Source of the DNA: a virus | Length of the DNA: 64,000 bases | Virus record (IMG/VR): IMGVR_UViG_3300037261_000044 | Coordinates: 31,228-95,227 of that record | Reading direction: 5' to 3' (one strand) | Part shown: one piece after another, positions 57,538-64,000 of the stretch | Position numbering within the stretch: the first letter of the stretch is position 1 | Layout: each line of letters begins with the position of its first letter | Notes under the pieces: model-generated | Told to the model about the DNA's origin: nothing | Seen by the model: only the letters and a program-made list of their open reading frames with translations | Databases searched by the model: none | Made by a program: the position numbers and the translations under genes

Positions 57538-59433
57538 ATGCCATCAGTCGTTGCCAACAACCCTCAGTTCATCAACCCGAACACCCAGCAACCGTACACG
57601 GATGCTGAGGCGCTGTATGTCAACACGGTTGCGTCTCAGCAAGCCGCCGGGACGTACAACGCGGCGCGCGATGCGCAGTATCTCGCGAGCGCCCCCGGCC
57701 AGTTGGTCGGTGAGAACGGGATGCCCGGTTACACGGTGGCTGGCGGCGAAACCCTCATCATGGACAAGGCAGCGCGCGACTATCAGGCCGCGCAGATTGC
57801 CGACGCTCAGGCGCAGAACGAAACCAACCGGATGAACATCTCGCAGACGGCTCAGACCGCTGCGAATGACCTTGCTCTCAAGGAGCAACAGCGCGAAGAC
57901 ACCATCCGCAGCAATCCGCTGAATGCCGCCCTCTACGAGCAGGAACGGCGCGGCTGGCGCGCTGGCCCTACAGGCAACGAGAACCCGCTGGACTACGCCG
58001 CTGGTAAGACGGCTGGCATGCCAGCGACGACGCCCACCATCCCGTCTACAGTCGCCCCGGCAGTGACGCCGGGTACTGTGTCGGCTCAACCAGTCGGTAC
58101 GCCTGCTCCGGTTCCCGGAACGGGTGCTGCCGCCGCCCCCGGTGCTGTCGGCACAGCCCCGAAGCCGGTCGCCAGCGGCGGCGGTGGTGGGGGCGACGGT
58201 CTTAACTTCTCGCAGGCCGACATCAACCTCATCAACTCTCGGGTGGCAGGCCATGTCGAGGGTGGTGACATCACGTTGGCTGGCTACAAGAACGGCGCAC
58301 CCGGCGGTGCTCCCGGCGGTGCAGTGACCGTTGGCGGTCAGCCGCACTGGATTGTGGACTCCATGGGCAACCCGGTGGCAGCCCTCAGTGAGGACGGCCA
58401 GAAGGAAACAGTCAAGGGCAAGGGCGGCGTCGAAGTCATCCCGCAGAACCCGGCGCGCAAGGCCGCGTACACCGCCAGCAAGTCGCGCCCCGGCGCGCAG
58501 AGTGGCAACAGTGCTGCCACACTAAGTGGTCGCACCACCCAGTCGAAGCAGGTCAACGCACGCACCAGCGCCGCTCCGGCGGGCGACGGTCGCGCGAACA
58601 ACGGCAAGACGAACAACGGTCGCCCTCCGGCTCCCGGAAGTGAAGTCATGAAGCCCGGTGTTGCAGACAAGGACGCCGCCAGCGTGCGACCAGCGGTCAC
58701 TCGCGGCCCTCTCCCGGTGCAGACACCGATGGTGCAAGGCCCGATGGGCGTCGGCGCGGCGACAGTGCCCGTACGCCAGCCCAGCGGTGCAGTGATGCCG
58801 TATCGCCCCGGCGCTGTTGATGGCGGTCTCGTGCCGGTACCGCAGGTCGCTGGTCACGCAATGGGTACCCTGCCCTCAGACGCATACGGCGGACTTGGTG
58901 GCGCGTCGAATGCATTCGTTGCTTCTGGAAAGGGTACGGCGCAGGACTTCGAGAACTTGATGCTGGGTCGCGGTGCAACGGCTCCTTCGAACTCGGCACA
59001 GACCCAAACGCAATCCACGAACACGGTGTCGGCTCAACCCGTCGCCGCGCCGACACCCGTCGCCCCGGCTGCGGCCCCGGCTCCGACTGCTGGTGCTCCT
59101 GACCCGTTCTCCATTCCCGGCGCTCCGGCGATGAATGCTTCCGGCGGCTCGCGGACAATCGGCAATGCCACGGCTCCGATGTCGCGGTTCGGGTTCGACA
59201 AGAATGCACCCATCGACATCGCCGCGCACGGCGCGACGCGCGGTATCCCCGGCATGCCCGGTGTCCGCATCGACCAACCGTGGAAGATTGCGCCGCGTAC
59301 GGTTTTGCAGAACGGTGCTTTCGGGAACCAGCTTCTTCAGTCGTACTGGAACGCATCAGGCGGTGCGCCAGAGGACTTGGCCGGACGGACATCAGCACCG
59401 GGACAGGCCGGGTCTACGCAACGGTTCGTCTAA
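57538..59433 (+). CDS. Ala/Pro/Gly-rich putative internal virion (ejection) protein
   Basis: GHVEGG / GHAMG and SEDGQKE motifs; internal TVSAQPV repeat. Confidence 0.65.
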   Translation: MPSVVANNPQFINPNTQQPYTDAEALYVNTVASQQAAGTYNAARDAQYLASAPGQLVGENGMPGYTVAGGETLIMDKAARDYQAAQIADAQAQNETNRMNISQTAQTAANDLALKEQQREDTIRSNPLNAALYEQERRGWRAGPTGNENPLDYAAGKTAGMPATTPTIPSTVAPAVTPGTVSAQPVGTPAPVPGTGAAAAPGAVGTAPKPVASGGGGGGDGLNFSQADINLINSRVAGHVEGGDITLAGYKNGAPGGAPGGAVTVGGQPHWIVDSMGNPVAALSEDGQKETVKGKGGVEVIPQNPARKAAYTASKSRPGAQSGNSAATLSGRTTQSKQVNARTSAAPAGDGRANNGKTNNGRPPAPGSEVMKPGVADKDAASVRPAVTRGPLPVQTPMVQGPMGVGAATVPVRQPSGAVMPYRPGAVDGGLVPVPQVAGHAMGTLPSDAYGGLGGASNAFVASGKGTAQDFENLMLGRGATAPSNSAQTQTQSTNTVSAQPVAAPTPVAPAAAPAPTAGAPDPFSIPGAPAMNASGGSRTIGNATAPMSRFGFDKNAPIDIAAHGATRGIPGMPGVRIDQPWKIAPRTVLQNGAFGNQLLQSYWNASGGAPEDLAGRTSAPGQAGSTQRFV

Positions 59434-59451
59434 GCCCAGAGGTAACACGTC

Positions 59452-62400
59452 TTGTCTTCCAACGCCTTTCAAGACTTGCTCGATGGTAAGCCCGCTGGCG
59501 TACCCGGAGTTGACTATCAGTCACTCTTGGCACAGGCTACTGGTGCTGACCCTAACGCAACTGACCCCAATGCCGCCGACCCCAATGCCATGTCGGTCAA
59601 TCCGGGTAACCCGAGCGATGACCCATTCGCTGACCTGCTCTCTGGTAAGCAGGTAGACTCCGGCAACGCGGCCTTCAACAACAACCTTGCCGCCATCAAG
59701 AAGGCGCAGGACGACTACGCTGCACAGCAACAGGCTGCGGACACCGCCGCCAATGCGCGTGCCAATAAGGATGCACCGCTCTGGGCACAGGGTCTCCAAC
59801 TCATCGGCGCGGCGATGAAGTACACCTCGGGTAACACGTACATCCGCAAGTACGTCCCCGGTGTCGCCACGGCTGAAGATGTCATCCCCGGCGTCAAGAC
59901 TCTCGCGGATGTCGCCTCGAACCCCTTGACCTACCTGACGGTGGGCGCGGCGACTCCTGAAGAGGCTGGCCTTGAGGTTGCTCTTGATACTGGGCTGCCT
60001 ATGCTCGGGAAGGTCGGCCTTCGGGCCAGCGCTCCCATGCTTGAGCGCGGGATTGGTGGGGCAATCGGCGGGGCAATCGGCCAGCAGGCTGGTGTTGAGT
60101 ACCAAAAGACAGGTCTCCCCGGTGGTTCTCTGGCCCCCGCTCTTGGCGGTCTCATCGGTGGCGTCAAGGGATACGGTGCAGCCAACTCTGTGTTGGAAGG
60201 TGGCCTCGGCAATCTCCCCGGCGTCGGTAACCTCCTTCCTGAAGACTTGAAGTCGGTCGGCCAGAATGCGGGTATCGCTAGCGCGGCGGCTGAGAAGGCT
60301 GCGGCAGCGGCAACAGCGCAAGCGCAGACCACAGGTGAGTTGACACCCGGCATCACGCTGTACACACGCGGTGATGGAGAGTTCACGACCGTTAAACCGA
60401 AGGCCATTCAGGACACATCGCAACTGACGCCACAGGATTTTGCTGACCCGGTGAAGACTCTTGAGGATGCAGCGATTCACCCTCAGCCGGAAGGGTATGT
60501 CTACGCCACCGTCAACGCAGAAAATGCCAAACTGATTTCCGATACCACGGTACTAGACAAGCAAGGGGCTGTGTTCTCTCCTACTCTCAGCGGGGTAACG
60601 CTCGACCCGGCTGACACGGCTATTGTACGTGTCCCAGAGGCCAGAACAAAGATTGACCCAAAGACTGGTCAAGCCGTTGCAACGCGCAACATTAACACCG
60701 CCGATGTGCATGTGCTCACGGCTGATGGCAGTTGGAAGCCGCTAGGTGGTTCGCTGAGCGACGCGACGAAGGGCGAGTGGACACCGGTACCGGTCACATC
60801 GCCGGAAGAGGCAGCGAAGTACACCTTCGATGGCAAGACGTGGCACTATGACCAGACGCCGGAAGAGATAGCCGCCGCCAAGGCCACGCAGACCGGGCAA
60901 TCCCGAAATGCTTCTAACGTGCTCACGCCGCAAGAAGGCACACCGCCTGTCCCTGAACCGGAGCCTGTGCCCGGACAGCAGCCGATGCCGTTGGCCGGAG
61001 ACATGGCCGCGACGCGCGAACCGCTGGCCCCCACCCCGGAAAATTCGGCGGCTTCCACGACGGAGCCAAAACCCGAAGAGCAGGGCTACCAGCCTAAGCT
61101 GCTCGGCACGGACAAGTTCGCGCCGCCGCAGGTGACGCCACCCGCGCCGGGTGAGGTCAACCCCACAGCCTTCCACCAAGAGGTTGTGAGCAGCAGCGTG
61201 CAGAATGGCGGTGGCACCTTCGATGTCGCCAACGGTGAACCTATCATCCCGAAGGCATTCGCTGAGCCGGGTGCGACGGGCAATATCAGCACGAAGACTT
61301 CAGTCGGCGTCATGCCGGAGCGGTCGGTCATCATCCCACAGGACAAGTTCACTCCCGAGGCCGTGCAGGCGTGGGAGCGCGCGAATGCTGATGTCCTGAA
61401 CGATGGCGTGCACCACATGGGCACGTGGGTGCATGATGGTGACGTGCATCTCGATGTGGTGGAACTCACCACTCCGAAGAAGGCCGTCGCGCTGGGACTT
61501 GAGAACACGCAGCACTCCGTCTTCAACATGCGCACGGGCGCGGACATCCCGGTACCCGGCGTTGACGATGCGGCGGTGCAGGCGAAGTTCGCTGAGGCTC
61601 GGGCGCGCGGCGACGCACTCGTAGGTACTCCGGCGACGCCCGCAGGCCCGCAGGCCATGACACTCACGCACTACGGCCCCACGGCGCACCCGGTCATCGA
61701 CCCGAACTTCCAAGGCACAGGCGTCCCGAGCGAGGAACTTGCTCGTAACGGAGTCAACCCGAACGCCGATGCACGATACGCCTCCTACTACGAAGAGGGA
61801 CAGCAGCCGGAGAAGTTCTTCACGGACAAGACCGGTGTGCCGAACCCGAGTCTTGCGAAGCACACGGTCACCGGCAACTTCAACATTCTCGACCTTACGT
61901 CGCCGGAGGGCCGCGACTTCATCGCGAAGGCCAACATCCCGGCGGGGCCGGTCGGCCACGAACTCGACAACGCGCTGCAACAGGCTGGGTACGACGGGTA
62001 CAAGAACGGCAGCATGGGCACGGTGCGCATGTTCGGTCAGCGCCCGGTGTCTGCCATCAACGACATCCCGGTGGAGAAGAACATCACCACTGAGAACAGC
62101 ACGATGCACATTGCGCCGGACGGCAGCGCTGTGGACGAAGCGTTCGCTGGCAAGGAGACCCCGACGCCGACGCCGGAGCCTGCGCCACAGTCGCGCGTGC
62201 AGCGCACCGAATTGTTCCCGACTGACAAGGGGCCGATGACTCCTGAGCCTGTACCGGGTGAGGCCCGTCAGGTGATGAAGCGCGGACAACTCGTGACCAA
62301 GGGAGCCAGCCCTGTTGCGCCGCAGCAACTCGGCGCGCCGCAACTCGGAGCCGCGACACCGGAAGAGATAAACACGTTCACTGACCGACCGGTGACCGAC

Positions 62401-64000
62401 CCCCGTGCGCAAGCCGCAGGAAAGCAACTGCTAGACGAACTCAATGGCCCCGGTGGCGTCAATCCTGCCGGTCGCCCGAACTACATGGCGTCGTCCATCT
62501 CCCCTGAAGACGCTGCCGCTAAGGGACTGGTTGTCACAAGAGACCTGTCTAACGGCAAGTCGTTCTACCAGCCGGACGGGACGTTCGTGCAGGCGGACTG
62601 GACATCGCCGCATGCCCCGGTGAGCACCAGCGGCCCCATGGCTCCTTCGCGAGCCAACTTCGAACACAACGACCTCGCGCTGCTGCTTGGCGGCAAGGCG
62701 GGGGATGAAGTCACTCTGTTCGACAAGGGGTTCGTGCGAATCGCCAAGGGATTGTCCGGCCAGCGCGTTACACTTCAAGCTGGGTCGCGTGACGACTTGG
62801 AAATGGCCGTCTCGCAGATGTTGCGCCACGGTGAAGACCCGAACACTCCTGTAGCATGGGACGCCGGGAATGACCATGGTCGTGGCATTCTCAAGGACTT
62901 GGCTCCGGTCGAAGACATGAACCCCGCAGGCCGCGCCGCAACACACGGCATGCTCTACGGCACAGGTGCGAAGAACGAAGCCGGGAACTTCTTGCCCGAC
63001 ACCGTGAAGCAGTTGTACTCGGACGGCAAGATTCTCAACGGCAGCGTCGGCGCAAAGAGCGTTCAGGACGTGCTGGGCAAGATGCTGGCCGCAGACTTCC
63101 TGCTGCACGGCAGTGTGGACGATGCGTCAATGACGGCCTTCGAGCAGAAGGCGATGGAGCAGTTCGGTATCGACCTCAAGGCACCGGCCACGGGCACAGG
63201 TGTACAGGCCGGTCAGGGCACGACACTGGGCGACTACGTGCAGAACCGCGCCAACTACTACGTCAACAACATGCTCAGCAAGCCGCGCTACAACGGCGAC
63301 CTCGCCAACATGCAGCGACTCACGGGCCTGCTTCTGTCTGCCGACCCGGTGAGCGGCCAGTGGTACGAGAACACACTCCCGGCGGTGTACGAACTGTTCG
63401 GGCAGGAGGACGGCAACACGTTCCTCAAGTTCCTCGCCACGACGAGTCAGCAGAAGACGCCGCGCGACAACATTCAGATTGCGCTCGATGCATTCGCGGA
63501 CTACAAGCTGGGATACTTCAAAGACCCCAACTACATCCCGTTCGGCATGCCGGAACCGCAAGCGCAGCGGCTTCGCTACGTTGCGCAGGGCGGTGAGGCG
63601 ACCGGTCTGAAAATCAATGCCTTCCACGGTGGCCTCACACTGGACGACTACAACGCGCCGGTTGACCGGTGGATGTTCCGCATCTTCGGGTTCGATGACG
63701 CCAAGGTGGCCTCGTCCGCTAACGTCCACGAAATCATCGCGCAGCAGATGCGCTCCATGGCCGACCAACTGGGTATGACGCCGCGTGAAGTGCAGGCGCG
63801 CCTCTGGGTCGCCGCCCGCAACGAGTCCATGGGCGCGAACGTCGTTAACGAGCCATACGAAGAGTTGATGCTCGGCAGTGGTAAGTACACGAGCGAAGGT
63901 CAGTTGCAGCCAGACCTCACGGACAACAAGGGTCTGCCCACGGCTAAGCAAACGCTTCAGCACATCCTCGACATGCGCGACAAGGGCATCATTGACCTGC
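59452..64000 (+). CDS. giant polyvalent virion protein (partial, >1500 aa)
   Basis: TTG after GAGG; frame open to the window end; glycine-zipper region, ART-like domain (~61657-62050), HhH-glycosylase-like domain (~63355-63815). Confidence 0.8.
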   Translation, partial: MSSNAFQDLLDGKPAGVPGVDYQSLLAQATGADPNATDPNAADPNAMSVNPGNPSDDPFADLLSGKQVDSGNAAFNNNLAAIKKAQDDYAAQQQAADTAANARANKDAPLWAQGLQLIGAAMKYTSGNTYIRKYVPGVATAEDVIPGVKTLADVASNPLTYLTVGAATPEEAGLEVALDTGLPMLGKVGLRASAPMLERGIGGAIGGAIGQQAGVEYQKTGLPGGSLAPALGGLIGGVKGYGAANSVLEGGLGNLPGVGNLLPEDLKSVGQNAGIASAAAEKAAAAATAQAQTTGELTPGITLYTRGDGEFTTVKPKAIQDTSQLTPQDFADPVKTLEDAAIHPQPEGYVYATVNAENAKLISDTTVLDKQGAVFSPTLSGVTLDPADTAIVRVPEARTKIDPKTGQAVATRNINTADVHVLTADGSWKPLGGSLSDATKGEWTPVPVTSPEEAAKYTFDGKTWHYDQTPEEIAAAKATQTGQSRNASNVLTPQEGTPPVPEPEPVPGQQPMPLAGDMAATREPLAPTPENSAASTTEPKPEEQGYQPKLLGTDKFAPPQVTPPAPGEVNPTAFHQEVVSSSVQNGGGTFDVANGEPIIPKAFAEPGATGNISTKTSVGVMPERSVIIPQDKFTPEAVQAWERANADVLNDGVHHMGTWVHDGDVHLDVVELTTPKKAVALGLENTQHSVFNMRTGADIPVPGVDDAAVQAKFAEARARGDALVGTPATPAGPQAMTLTHYGPTAHPVIDPNFQGTGVPSEELARNGVNPNADARYASYYEEGQQPEKFFTDKTGVPNPSLAKHTVTGNFNILDLTSPEGRDFIAKANIPAGPVGHELDNALQQAGYDGYKNGSMGTVRMFGQRPVSAINDIPVEKNITTENSTMHIAPDGSAVDEAFAGKETPTPTPEPAPQSRVQRTELFPTDKGPMTPEPVPGEARQVMKRGQLVTKGASPVAPQQLGAPQLGAATPEEINTFTDRPVTDPRAQAAGKQLLDELNGPGGVNPAGRPNYMASSISPEDAAAKGLVVTRDLSNGKSFYQPDGTFVQADWTSPHAPVSTSGPMAPSRANFEHNDLALLLGGKAGDEVTLFDKGFVRIAKGLSGQRVTLQAGSRDDLEMAVSQMLRHGEDPNTPVAWDAGNDHGRGILKDLAPVEDMNPAGRAATHGMLYGTGAKNEAGNFLPDTVKQLYSDGKILNGSVGAKSVQDVLGKMLAADFLLHGSVDDASMTAFEQKAMEQFGIDLKAPATGTGVQAGQGTTLGDYVQNRANYYVNNMLSKPRYNGDLANMQRLTGLLLSADPVSGQWYENTLPAVYELFGQEDGNTFLKFLATTSQQKTPRDNIQIALDAFADYKLGYFKDPNYIPFGMPEPQAQRLRYVAQGGEATGLKINAFHGGLTLDDYNAPVDRWMFRIFGFDDAKVASSANVHEIIAQQMRSMADQLGMTPREVQARLWVAARNESMGANVVNEPYEELMLGSGKYTSEGQLQPDLTDNKGLPTAKQTLQHILDMRDKGIIDL

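Overview
A 64 kb segment of a high-GC, probably lytic tailed dsDNA phage. The host is unknown; leaderless sigmaA-type promoters suggest Actinomycetota or Chloroflexota (inference). No integrase, tRNA, rRNA or CRISPR array was seen. Layout: (i) 0.1-18 kb, minus strand, a replication/recombination operon (phosphoesterase, two nucleoside-deoxyribosyltransferase-like genes, endonuclease VII, Pth2, split SbcC around SbcD, RecA, SSB, UvsY-like, dNMP kinase, primase, DnaB, an iteron-like origin, SF2 helicase). (ii) 18-29.8 kb, plus strand, a UDG-fused family A DNA polymerase with Cys/His insertions, HNH, HAD nucleotidase, frameshifted RNase H and a holin-like gene. (iii) 30-40.9 kb, minus strand, small early-type genes punctuated by long RNA hairpins and preceded by a ~700 nt structured non-coding leader. 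(iv) 41.7-42.7 kb, repeats suggesting the physical genome end. (v) 42.8-52 kb, plus strand, small accessory genes. (vi) 52-64 kb, virion genes: four basic proteins sharing an N-terminal motif, a probable portal, a LAGLIDADG gene, Ala/Pro/Gly-rich ejection-type proteins and a giant polyvalent protein running off the window. Best candidates for novelty: the early-region structured RNAs (large leader plus hairpins with cargo loops), a 13-aa portal peptide copied into an unrelated gene, and an overlapping divergent promoter flanked by in-frame inverted repeats. All calls come from reading motifs by eye; no searches were run.
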